Shown: positions 1 through 12,415, counted from the first letter of the whole stretch. The stretch: DNA of 60,825 nt, filler included, from Hausera hauseri (GCA_046269625.1; 11 parts of 11 records of this genome joined end to end with filler, not necessarily neighbours in it), one strand, 5' to 3'. Notes: a model not told the origin generated them from the letters alone. A program made the numbers and translations.

Positions 1-290
1 TACTTAAAATAAAATAAAAATAAATAAATAACCAATAATCACGAATATAAAAAATTTTCCCCGTGAAATTTTATAACAATAAATCAAATAAATCACGGAT
101 TCACTAAACAAAAATTTTCTTCTCAAATTCCTACAACATAAAAAATTTAAAAGCAAATAAGGGATTGCAAGTGCTGGGGCAATTAGCACTCGTAGCCAAC
201 AAAAATTCAAAAAATAAAATCTGTGGATTTAAACTCATTTGTTTAAATCCACAGTTTATTCAAAAAAATAAAAAACGAATACATTCAAAA

Positions 291-1031
291 ATGTCCACAC
301 AGAATAACTATCTCAAAAAAATGAAGACGATGCCAGAAACCTTGGGAACACGCACCAAGGAGAATTCAACGACGGATAGAACAAAAACAATTATGAGGCC
401 CGGTGAGCCAATCATGCGAGAATCCACCACGGATCGCCGAATAAATGTTCCAGGCCAACCGGATATATTAACAAACGGAAAGGAAACAATTCCGCTGACG
501 GGATACCACATTCCGAAGGTACCTCGAACAGCATACAAAGGAGCCGTTAACGACAGTAATGAGCGGACTGCACCGACGGAACAAACGCGGTCCGAAGACC
601 GGAGCCGAACCACACGGCGAGCCAATCGTCCGAGAAGCCGCCAAGCTCCATGCCGTTCATATTCCAATTATATGACGGTGCGAGAGCTCTTGCAACGAAG
701 CCGCTTTGCACGGCACCTAACCGAGTTGTCCGAGGGCGATCCGTATTGCCTCCCTTACGGGCATCTCCGAAGATTCTACGCCGACGGAGACAGCCGACGG
801 CTGTTCGACTCCTCCGCTTTTGTACCAGTCTTCATAAGACTGATGGCGGCGGCAGACCGTATGTTCGAGTCACTGGTTCCTTCCAAGAGCCAGCTGATTC
901 CGAACCAAAGAATCTCCGAATCACGGCGGATCAGGGCGTACAGCTCCGAATCTGACGATCAGCCGGTTTCACCTCTTCGACACATCAGAGTGGAACCGTC
1001 CCTATACAGTACGGACGAATCGTACGCCTAG
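291..1031 (+). CDS. Orphan ORF (about 246 aa, R/S/T-rich, probably disordered N-half), possibly a retroelement accessory ORF
   Basis: Uninterrupted GC-richer frame in AT-rich flanks; AAAA-ATG start at 291; internal repeat ENSTTDR/RESTTDR; no recognisable family motif. Confidence 0.4.
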   Translation: MSTQNNYLKKMKTMPETLGTRTKENSTTDRTKTIMRPGEPIMRESTTDRRINVPGQPDILTNGKETIPLTGYHIPKVPRTAYKGAVNDSNERTAPTEQTRSEDRSRTTRRANRPRSRQAPCRSYSNYMTVRELLQRSRFARHLTELSEGDPYCLPYGHLRRFYADGDSRRLFDSSAFVPVFIRLMAAADRMFESLVPSKSQLIPNQRISESRRIRAYSSESDDQPVSPLRHIRVEPSLYSTDESYA

Positions 1032-1611
1032 GCGGACGGTAATTGTCGTACAAATAAACGTTATGACTCTTATGCGATCTTGTTTTATCGTTTTCTCGCA
1101 TTCATTTTTTGTTGTTGTTTTTCGATGACGATGTTTTTGTATAGAGTTAGGGACTCTAATAAAGTAAAAACATCTAAAATGATTATGGATAATGACGACC
1201 TCTATTCGGATTCAGTGGCACCGTTTGAAGCGGAAAACCATTTACGAATTGGCGATAGTTGTGCCGATATTCATTTTATTGAAGATGATGCATGTTATAC
1301 CAATTCTTTCTATGGTTATGCGAATTATAAGGTGTGGTTTATTAAACATCCACGACTCTCTAAATTTATTGACACATGCGGAGCACCCGACCAGTCTGCG
1401 ATGAACACTGACCATCAGGGATCGGTTGTGGCGACTACTCCTTCGGCTATGCGGCCCGAACATCATCTGGTAGGGAACCTGGGCGCGTCCGTGATCCGTG
1501 CGCCACAACATGCTTCTGGCATCACTCTTCAACCACTTTCTTTTTTGTTTTTTAAAATAACACATTTCTACCATACACACTAGTAACACGGACATTGTTT
1601 ACACCCTCTAT

Positions 1612-4600
1612 ATGTCTCTATCCTTTTTCCTACACACTTCTGACTTTTATTTGTCACTCAATGGTTCTGTGCTACACCCGTCTGACTCACTTTCTTCCTT
1701 CGCTTCTCCGATCATTCATCTCACCCTTCAATTTTACATCCGGGGTGGTTCGGACCCTGATCCTTCTGCTGAGAATTCCTCCAAAACGAGATCTGGTCGT
1801 CGCCCTGCTGACTATGCACAACCTGATTCTCCTAACCTTCCTTGCACAGAAATCTTTCTCGATAAAACAAATTCAAGCCGCACTTGGCTACAATTTCATT
1901 TACAATGGCTTAAAGCCAATCATATTACCAATTCTTTCTTGCGAGCCAACATCTTGTTACTTCTTCTCCCAGCTTACATCAAACATCAAATAAATAATCT
2001 TAGTGATATCCTTACTTCGCCAACATCACATGACATGCTTTATGAGTCTGTTCTTCATATTACCGATCCATCGATTGATAATAATATACAGAAGTACTTT
2101 AACGAACATTCTATAGGCAATCAAAAGCCTTCTGACTTTCTGCAGACCTCTATTTCACACCTAAGTACTCTTGGCGTTACCCCCACCAACAATGCAGACT
2201 TGATTCGATGTTATTTCCTACCCCTCCTTGCCCACTTCTATCAGAGCTCTCCTTACTGTCGTTGACGACTCGACGGCGATTGAAAAACGTGCCCTATTGG
2301 TTAATAAAAGTTTCGAAATTTTACAAACTAACAACTCACAACCCGTAGCTGCAGCAACCACACATACTTCATCGCACGTAGACACGAGTGTTTTCGCACA
2401 GCAACTACAATTAATGCAGAAACAATACGATACTCTACAACATTCAATTTCTTCCATCACGGTCCAACTAGGTCATCTGTCTATGTCTCGGCGAGGGGAG
2501 ACCCGTGCATTGCGTGAACGTAGCCTCTCCAGGCATTCATTTCGTTATAAATCTCCTGGCGGACGAATGATTTGTTTTTATCACAATAAATTTCGTAGAA
2601 ACGCAGAAAAATGTCTCTTGGGCTGTAAATTTTATGACTACCGTTTTGCGGTGGACAACCCTACCTGTATTTATCACACAAAATTCCACTCTCATGCCAG
2701 ATCGTGTGTTCTGGGATGTAAACATTACAAAAACAACTTTAGTTTTTCTTCATCTTCTTCTCCCCTTCCTTTTTCTTATTGTTCATCTTCTTTTCCTCCA
2801 CAATCTTCAAAAAAACTAAAAACGCCACCAGATGTCACGGCACATTCGGGAATAGGCAATACCGCTCAGTCTTCTGACCGTCTTAACACCACCTCCGCAG
2901 TTTTTCTGTTAAAAGCTGCACTGTTCTCTAGCAATGCTCCACATATTGATTTTCTTATCGATTCAGGAGCTGCCTTTTCACTCCTTTCTTTGTCCTTTGT
3001 CCCTACATCCACTGCAGTTTTTTCTCCCGCACTTTTCACTGTCAACGGTCAACCTTTGCGAATCGCAGGTACCACGGAACTGATTTTTACATTTTCAAAC
3101 TTACCAGACAAGTTTGTCTGGAAATTCCACGTGGCCAGTATTTAATCTCCAATCATGGGGCTCAGATTTTTTGGCCGCACAGGACCTGTTAGTTGACTGC
3201 ACGTATGGCTGTTTGCTACGTAGATACTCCGTCGTGAACGTTAACAATTGCCTACCAGACAGCTCAACAGGCATTTCGTCTGCGAACTCACATGTGAATT
3301 TGGCAAATTGCTCGTCAGTTAATAACAATACATTTAGTAGTTTATCTATTTTCTCAATTACATCTTAAACATCGAAGTCGATTTTAAAACAATCCGTTAA
3401 ACCAAATGTTAATGGCGGCGATGTCGTTCGTTCTTCGCCAATCACAGTCGCCGCCTCCTATGATAATATGTCTCAATCATTTTTATCACTAGATTCCAAT
3501 CTCAAATCATACATCATTTCTTCTTGTTCTCGCATACTCAAAAAAGACTCTAATTTTAAGCCATCATCAACAACTTATCACCACATTGTCACCCAATACC
3601 AAAGACCTATCAGACAACAGGTGAGACCATTATATCCTCGTAGACGAAAAGCCCTGGAATTAGAGTTTAACGAACTCAAAAAATCTGGTATCATTTGGAG
3701 GTCAAAATCACCATGTGCTTCACCATTACATGTAGTAGCAAAAAAGGACGGTACATTTCGACCATGTGGCGACTACCGTCAAGTAAACAATCTAACAGTC
3801 ATAGATACTTGCCCATTACCGCTCATAAAAGACATCCTGCACAGTCTTAACAACACCAATACATATTCCACAATAGATCTGCACAAAGCCTACCATCAGA
3901 TTCCCGTTGCACCCTGTGACATTCCAAAGACTGCTGCCATAACTCCATTTGGCCTTTACGAATACATCTTTATGCCATTCGGTTTACGTAACGCAGCCCA
4001 AACTTTTCAAAACCACATCGACACCGTTCTCTCAGGCCTTGATTTTGCTCATCCTTTTGAACACATCTGAATAATTTTTCATAGACTACATCATAGCAAC
4101 TTACAAGTTAACTTCTCCAAGTGCAACTTCTTTCAGAAACATGTCAATTTCTTAGGCCACATCATGACTCCTCACCGCCACTCTCCACAACCTGATCGAC
4201 TACAGCAATTGAAAAATGTAATACTACCAACGACCACTACAGATATGAGGAGTTTTCTTGGCACACTACATTTCTTCCATAAATACGTACCGCATTGCTC
4301 TAAGCTTACAGCGCCTTTCGCACACCTCTCCTCTGGAAAGAAAAGATAGTTAATTCAATGGACTCCCGATTTAGTCACCAAATTTGATACACTTACGTGA
4401 AGGCCTAAAAACCGTCGAAATACTGGCCTATCCAAAACCCGATGCGAAGCTAATACTTACTACCGATGCCTCTACCACATCTACTGGTGCAATACTACAC
4501 CAAATTTCCAACGGCGTCAATGAACCTTTGAAATTTTACTCTCGAAAACTCACATAACCAAAAAGCCGATATTCAACATTTGATTGTGAGCTACTAGCCA

Positions 4601-6659
4601 TAATTTTGGCAGTAAAACATTTCAAGCATTTCCTCCTCTCTCGTCCATTTATCATCCAAATTGATCACAAACCTGTTCTGTACATCATGTCACTAAAACA
4701 GCTATCACCGAGGCAGGAACGACAGATATTGTGCCTATCTACATTCAGTTTTGTCATAAAGTATATTTCAGGTACTAAGAATTTGGTCGCAGATTTCCTG
4801 TCGCTGTCGATCAGCTCAATTACGGTTGAACCAATATTTTCTACCGAAATTCTAAAGCTCAATTAGCCGTCTGCTGATATTCTTAGCTATTTCAAATCCT
4901 TCGAAATCACTGATGGCATTGCATACGACACATCTAACACCGGTAATAAAAAAATCATGCTCGTTCCTTCTTTGCAGAAGCCAGCTTTCCTTCACACGCA
5001 TTCACCTCATCATCCAGGCTCGAAAGCCACGTTTCGCTTGCTCCAACGTCATATAGTTTGGTTATCATTGCGCACAGATGTACAAGGTTGGGGTAAGGAA
5101 TGCGTCGCCTGACAAAAATACAAAGTCAACAAACATCTTAAACCGCCGCTTTACCATTTCCCATGTACATCACGTATTCATAACGTCCATCTTGATCTCG
5201 TTGGATTTTTACCTTCTGATAACGGGTATCAACATATTCTCACTATGATGTATCGTACTTTTCTCCGGCCTGAAACCGTTCCTCTCCGTTCAACAAACAC
5301 TGATTCAGTAGCAGACGCCTTTATTAAAACCTGAATCAGTCGTTTTGGATCCTCACGGCACATTATAACGGACCAAAGTCCGCAGTTCGATTCGGAACTC
5401 TTTAAATCGCTTGTTAAACGCATGAGGATATCACATTTCCACACAACACCGTACCATCCACAATCAAATGGCCTTGTTGAAAGGTTCTATCGAACAATGA
5501 AAATTTCTTTAAAAATCTTTGCAGAAAATCACCGCAGTTTGGCGTCCATTCTACCATTTCTTCTACTCGGGTGGCGCAACACTCCTTCCACCACCACGGA
5601 TTGTGCTCTAGCCGAGGCACTTTTTGGGACTCCAATACGGGCTCTGTTCGAACTTTTCGACATTGACGACAATCCGACAAACGAAAATATTCGCGCGGCA
5701 CAGTCTCACTTTGTTGAAGTCAGCTCAGATTCGTTCTGCCGCCTATTTAACAATAACAAATCGTACATTCCGAAGGATTTATACTCAGCCAAGTTTGTAT
5801 GGGTGAAGGATCAATCGCCTTCGGGTTTTCAACCTCAGTATGTTGGCTCATACAAACTGCTTCACCTCTCATCTCATACAGCTACCATCCTACGCCAAGA
5901 CAAACCCTACAACGTCCACATTTCGAATCTTAATCCGGCTTTCTTCGTTGATGACAATCCGGATGCCGATTCCACTTCCAACCCTAACTCAACTCCCTCT
6001 CCTTCCATTCCTTCTTCAAACTTTCTTCACGATGTCGCTCCGTTGCAGCAACCACTTTTCTCTCATACTAAATCATTCTCATCTTCCGCACTGCTTACTG
6101 TACATACATCGCTTATTTCGTTTTCTCCGCCCACCTCTCTGCCCCCTCTTTCGCCATCTCCACCGCCTTCAGTTTCTTCGCCTCTCTTGCTTGATTTATT
6201 CTCTTCACCATCTTTAACGTCTTTACCACAAGCAACACAGCACATTAAATCAGAAAACCTTACAAAACGTCTACTACAAAATATCGTTCAACAACAAAGC
6301 ACAAATCAGTCAAATAAGACACGCAGAGTGACATTTAGTACCTATAGCAGGGAAAAATGCGTAGACGGAATACAACTCCTCATAACACCAAAACCCAATA
6401 GGCATTAAACATTTTTTGAGTTTCACCTCTTTCTGTTTTGCTTTACAGTTTCTTTTCTGCCATGGAGGGTGATGTAGTGCCACGGTCTAGGACATGGCCC
6501 TCCATTTCTGGCAATAGAGTCACCGTTTGGTGCGGCTAGGCCGGTACGGTTTTCGTCCTGCTTTTTTACCGTCTAGTCTGTGTTTGTTTGGCAGCTGAAC
6601 AGTGCATATTAGTGTAAAATAAAATCAATATTCTTATTTGGCTGCTTATCAGACTACCA
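1612..6659 (+). mobile_element. Degenerate Ty3/Gypsy LTR retrotransposon, CsRn1/Boudicca-like clade (copy A): gag-pro-RT-RNaseH-INT plus 3' LTR
   Basis: Gag with CHCC motifs (CFYHNKFRRNAEKCLLGC); protease FLIDSGA; RT ASPLHVVAKKDGTFRPCGDYR, IDLHKAYHQI, MPFGLRNAAQTFQ; RNaseH LTTDAS, NLVADFLS; integrase HPG, TTPYHPQSNGLVER; many stops and frameshifts. Confidence 0.93.
6464..6659 (+). repeat. Polypurine tract (6464-6472) and putative 3' LTR (about 6473-6659)
   Basis: GGAGGGTGA directly followed by TGTAGT after the pol stop; AATAAA at 6618; candidate end ACTACCA is an imperfect inverse of TGTAGT. Confidence 0.6.
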
Positions 6660-8010
6660 ATTATTCTATCTTTTAATTTTGACCGTTTATTACATAATCG
6701 TCGTTGAAAAGCCTGAATTGAACTTGGAAGTAACAAATGACAATACAAGCCCAACTAAAGCATGTACAGTACATAAAAATACCCACTGAATTTATCGGTT
6801 TTGCATAGTCCTGCAAAAAAAAGAAAATACGGAAGCTAAATTAAGTTCCGTAAAATTTCTGGATTTTTACGGAAAGGGTTTGACATGTGTCATTATCACG
6901 ATTTCATTACCACAATATCTTAATGCTCATCACCAATTATCGATCTGATGTAAAAAAAATCTCAACAACATTACGTTACAAAGAATTACTTTCCAATTCG
7001 AAATTTAATCTAAAATATGGTGGATATCATGATGAATCTCGTACAGTTCAATTAAATCATAGTAAAAATTCCGGATACATCAAATGAAAAATTTGTCTTG
7101 AAAATTATCAAACAAGAATAAATTATCTAAGTCAGGAAGTCGATGTATATAATGACTTAATAAACGCCTGTGAAGAAACAAGTAGCAAAAGGCAATTAAT
7201 TTTCACTGAATATATTTTTGTACAGTTTCCGTTAGGATTTAGTATTATTTTACCAATAATTTAAAATTTGAAGTAACATAGATTGATGTAAATTATTCAG
7301 TATCACCGAACCCGGATTATTTAAATAAATTTGCACATTGAAAATAAAAAAGAATATTTTTTTAAATCTCGAAAATGTCTTAATCTCAAAATTCTTAAAA
7401 ACGGCGTACCACATCAAAAATAACGGAGTCGTGAAGAGTTAGTGCATGATAGTCTGATTTACCCAACCTTTTTTATTTTGTTGTTTTAATATTCAAAAAA
7501 ACTCGCTTTTTTATACATTGTATCAGTCCGACATATTTTTTTTGTTTGTTACGTTAATACATTTTCCGGCATCCTTTTATTTTTGAATGTGTCATCCAAA
7601 AAGATCAATCGATACATTTTATTTATACGATTACGGGAGTCTCGCAACCAAGGTCGATGGTAAGTTGGAGCTCCCAAACATTCCTGGTAATGATTTAACA
7701 TCATTTGAAAGTAAAATTATTCCAGAACCTTCGTCCCCGATAAATTTATATACAATAAATGTTATCAGAAACCTCAGAAATCTCAGCCACATTCCTGCAC
7801 ACATCCGTTCCAATTTTGTGGATCCAGAAACCAACCAACGATCTAAGGGTTCATTTTCGACTATTATGAAAATTCAATGAAATCAATTTTAATACCAAGT
7901 GACGAAATCAAACGCATAATTCAAAACAAAGAACAAAACCAAACCGATCATGATTTTGAATTAAATGATTTAACGTGCTGATTTAAATTCACTCTATCCA
8001 AAATGTGGTA

Positions 8011-8110
8011 NNNNNNNNNNNNNNNNNNNNNNNNNNNNNNNNNNNNNNNNNNNNTTAATTAATTAANNNNNNNNNNNNNNNNNNNNNNNNNNNNNNNNNN
8101 NNNNNNNNNN
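8011..8110. other. Artificial contig linker (44 N + TTAATTAATTAA + 44 N)
   Basis: Identical 100-bp structure occurs ten times; TTAATTAATTAA gives stop codons in all six frames. Confidence 0.98.
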
Positions 8111-8243
8111 GACGATTACATATTCGCATTTTGTCCTGCATACAGGGCAGGACATTTTGCGGACAGCTATTGTTGGAGATAGCCCACACACAAACTGTCT
8201 TGTCATTCATCTCTTCAAGGCAGATAGGGCACGTTTTATCCAT
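8111..8243 (-). pseudogene. Degenerate RING-finger ORF downstream of pPolB
   Basis: MDKTCPICLEEM in one frame and KMSCPVCRTK in another; the central CxH part is missing. Confidence 0.55.
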
Positions 8244-8511
8244 CTTGATTTTTGAAATAATGACAGATTAATACAAGTAATGACACACTGTATTGATTTT
8301 TTAATTTGAATTTCACATTTGTTGATATATTTCTTAAAATATTTACTTGTCCTATATAGTATAGTTATACTTGACCTATAAAATACTTAGTTTTACTTGG
8401 CTTTATCCTATATCCCACATTACTTAATGAAGTATGAAACACGATTTTTTAAAACAAGATTTATTGATATAACAATACAAATAAATTATAACAACAATAT
8501 AGCAACGCTAC

Positions 8512-11498
8512 TTACAGCATGTCCATATTTACCACATGTCCGTGAGGCAGCGTGCAGATTCCATTTTCCAGAATGTCTGTTGTCATGCATCAAATCTAGA
8601 CTCTTCTTCCGCAGCGTTACAGTTTCGATGTTGTGAGCCGCAGGTAGGATCCTTCGCATTTCGGATATTATGTGTGTCTTCTCCTGCAGAACTCTCACAG
8701 TCAGCGAAGTTGATTTTCTTTGCCAAGGTGGCTCTTTGAACACCCTTTGTCCGCTTCTTTACTTGGCCACGTATCAGTGGCATACATCTTTGATCTTAAC
8801 GCCGCGAATCTTGAGATGATTTCCCCACTTATTTCATCTTTGAATTTCTCAAAGACTTTCTTATTTTGAACATAATAATTCCTATGGTCTTTTGGATAGT
8901 CTGATGTATCCAATTGCTGCGCCAATTGAGCAAAGTCGTCAAAGATATCATCTGTATGGATCTGAGGTATGATACTATCAGTATCCATATACATCAGCTG
9001 TAGCTTCTTGAATGTAGGGACCATGATGTTATAATACAAGGTCTTTGATATATCCAGTGTCGACATGCCCACATGAATTGGCTTGTTGAATTCCAGTGAT
9101 GTCTTCAACACATGGATACTTACGAAGTTTTCAGCATATATCGTGCTGCTGTTGAAGTTCGGCTTAGAAATCAACTTTTTGGCCCTTTTCTACGATGTTG
9201 ATCCTGTTTCGGATATTTTCCATGGTTTTGTCAAAAACGCTCTTGTTATACAACTTGAACTGGTCTTTTTCAATGTCGTTTTTGGCACTGGCCCTCAGCT
9301 GCGTATTGAGATCCATATAAGGTTTCAGCCATGTAGACTGGTTGAACTGTAGAGCCCGATAGATCTTGGTGATTCTGAGTCAATTTCTGATAGCCTATTG
9401 GAGATTGATGTAATGGGCTACATATTTCTCCATATTCTCTAGTAGCAAAGCAGATTTCTGTGTTTTCCATTTGGCGGCTGCTTTCTCTCAGGGAGGAAAG
9501 GCAGATGTTCATGCCTTGTATGGATATTATGTGGATATTCAACATTTACCTCCATTATGTAGCCCGTATCTCCATTGGGATCTACATCTTGTATTGCTAA
9601 GTCTTCCGGATGATCCACTCATTTGAAGTCGTCATAAGGCAATGTGGCGCTTATTGCCCATCCATAGAGGTTGTTGGAATCCAAGTAGGTCATATAGGAG
9701 GATGCCTTGGATGGATCATATTCAGCCAGATACTTGTTGTTGACCTCACTATACCGGTGAATGGCCTGGCATATTCCACCTCTAATGCCTCGTTGGATCA
9801 TGAGGTTTATATCATAATCCTTCAAGATCTGTAGCCTAATACCAATATATCGCATCACAGCTGCCAAACTCATTCCTGGAGCTGTGGAGAAATGAACAGG
9901 ATCCAGCTTGTGACTTGCAAGTGTTACATCCCGTAAGCTTTCAAAGACATCAGTCAGCAGCAGCATGTCTGTCTTGAAGTATACATCACTATATTCTCCT
10001 ATTGTCCTACATTTGAATGCTTCCCAAACATTTTGGACGTGTTGGTTATCCACATCACTGGTATCACTGTCTGAGATCTGATTGCAAAGGTCTTTCTTGT
10101 CCGGCAATTCTGTTTCATCCAGTGATCTCCATGATGTGATGTAATTATAGGGAAACGCTCTTTTCCTTTTGACCAAGTCAAGTGTAGTAGGAAGGAACCG
10201 CTTCGTTTCCTTCAGTTCTTCTGCTGGGAGGTTCTTTACGAAGCTATCAAGTAAAGAAGACATGATTCGGAAGCTGTCTACAAAGCTGAGTCGGACTTTT
10301 CCAACATGCTTCTTAAAGGTGACATATTTCTCCTCACTGTTGGGAATCACGTCGATGTTTTCCAATTCGCGGACTATGAAATAGGAATCACAGTCACTGA
10401 GATTGTGGAATACTGCAAGCACAAATGTTACTGTTCTGCAACGTAGATTGCAATTGTTGCAGGCTGCGCCTCGATATGTGCTTGTAAAATGGCAGTGATC
10501 TCTGACTTTGTGATTCTCCTTAGTGAATGATTTGGAGAAGATGTAACATATTGCAGCCTCGCGCCATTCTTCTTGTTTCTTCTTCGACACACTCGTTTTA
10601 TCCTAATCCTTGTGTTGCTGCAACATAACTTTAATCCTATGAGCCATTTCTTCTAATCACTTCATAAAATATGTTACTGCATTTGGAGCCCTGAATAGAA
10701 ATGGTTCCTTGTCCAGTCGTTTTACATACATACAATATGACTAGAGTTTGTAATATTGGTATGCCGTTTTGCTGCTATGTTGAGGATTGTGGTTGCAACT
10801 CTGAATTGGACTCAAGATTGCTTCAAAGTCGCAGTAGATGATTATTGAAACATTGAGCTTCTTTTCAAACTCTTTAAATTCTATATGGTCCTCCTTGGGA
10901 AATTCTGTCCTTATACAACAATTGTTGTTTCAGTACATCTTGTGATCCGCAAGCTTCTCCACGGGTGCATCGCTACCGAAATGGGACAGACATCTCTTAC
11001 AGATTTCAATTCTTCCATGATTTGTTGTTATTAGAGATCTTAGTAGACGGTTAAAGTTTTTGATCCAAACGAAATGTTTCTTTTCTCCGTCGTCTAGCAG
11101 GAGCAGATCCCTATGATCTTCCAGTTCGGCATCGCATATTTGTAGCGAATAGAATTTGTCTTCCTCCAACCCAAAGATATTGATTGATATACTGTTGAGT
11201 CTCCCGGATTTTTTGACTTCATCTAAGCATTGTAGGAACGTAATACATTGGAAATCATAATTGTGCTGTAGATCATTATACAACCAAACTCGGGGAGCAT
11301 TATGTTGATTCGATACGAGTTTTGATAGAATGGAGTACTTGAAACACATTGCATTATTATTATAGACATTTATACATGCTTTTTTCTTAACGATCCATTC
11401 CGGAAACTGTATATATGAGATGCCTCGCATGGGGGAGTACTTGTGCACAAACACAAGCAATCTCTTTAAGTAACCAAAGTCCATCCACACTTCTTGTC
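8512..11498 (-). mobile_element. Polinton/Maverick (adintovirus-like) protein-primed DNA polymerase B remnant, copy 1
   Basis: Fragments NAMCFKYSIL...HFVWIK, KVRDHCHFT..YRGAACNNCNL, FHNLSDCD, YLDSNNLYGWA, YMDTDS, KFKDE, ALRSKMYA; many frameshifts; similarity to copy 2 ends near 11499. Confidence 0.9.
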
Positions 11499-12049
11499 CT
11501 TAAGATTATTAGTCTTATAACAGACATCTACGATGTGGTCTACAGTAATGTCACGTAAATTGAGTCATCACGTGAAATGTTACATATGACTATTTTCAGT
11601 GCCTCTTTGGTATACACTAAATTCTTTAAATAATTTTTCATCTGTATAGAAAATTGATTTTCTTTTAATATTAATTTCGACAATAAAATTTTCGCGAAAC
11701 ATGATTGGTTTTTAAAGGTTAATTAGAAAAATTAGCTGATTAAATGGTGTCTTTGTTACTAGTTAATTTTGATGGAATGCCTTGTGTAAATTATTTTACT
11801 TTCTGATTTTTCAAAATTTCCCACTATCCATTTTAAAAGCCTTTTATATATAAATACATTCGGACTCAACCATAGAAAATAAGTCTACAACAAAGGTCAT
11901 ATATATTGTAAATATTTTTGGCGATTTTTTAAAATGATACTAAGTTTTCGAGTAAATATGACAACTTCTGATGCCAAAAATCTGGAGTAAAACCGATGGA
12001 ATGTTGACTGCATTCTAAAATACAAATTTTCAAATATATCTTTCTAAAC

Positions 12050-12120
12050 CAGGCCTTCTTAAACTATGGGTCGCGACCCCAAATGGGGTCGCGTAGCAAA
12101 ATTCTGTGGTCGCGAGAGAG
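12050..12120 (+). mobile_element. hAT (Charlie/Buster-like) transposon terminus
   Basis: CAGGCCTTCTTAAACTATGGGTCGCGACCCC resembles SPIN/Charlie termini; preceded by the 8-mer TTCTAAAC (nnnTAnnn target); other end not in contig. Confidence 0.6.
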
Positions 12121-12176
12121 TTTAATGTCAAATATTTCCATACACAATTTAATAACATCTAGATGTGTATTTGTGC

Positions 12177-12276
12177 NNNNNNNNNNNNNNNNNNNNNNNN
12201 NNNNNNNNNNNNNNNNNNNNTTAATTAATTAANNNNNNNNNNNNNNNNNNNNNNNNNNNNNNNNNNNNNNNNNNNN
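12177..12276. other. Artificial contig linker
   Basis: Same N44-TTAATTAATTAA-N44 structure. Confidence 0.98.
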
Positions 12277-12415
12277 TATAACAATTATCTCCTTCACTCA
12301 TTAAATGAGTCTTATTTTCATCCTTTTTTGAATTTCTTGACTTTATATTGGCTTTTTATTGATTTAACTTTGAATTGAATTTAAACATTAATATTTGTTT
12401 AAATTCCTCCTCACA
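12277..12415 (-). repeat. Partial LTR of the Gypsy family seen at 58095-58273
   Basis: Aligns by eye with 58137-58273 and ends identically in AAATTCCTCCTCACA (TGTGAGGAGG on the minus strand). Confidence 0.8.

Noticed and set aside
6846-7880. Short ORFs (6887, 7587) and a TTCCGTAAAA/TTTTACGGAA hairpin resembling a hAT-type end
   Set aside because: No recognisable motifs and no matching second terminus; too weak to call
8055-8066. TTAATTAATTAA as a PacI site, piggyBac target or regulatory motif
   Set aside because: Always centred between two runs of 44 N; synthetic linker
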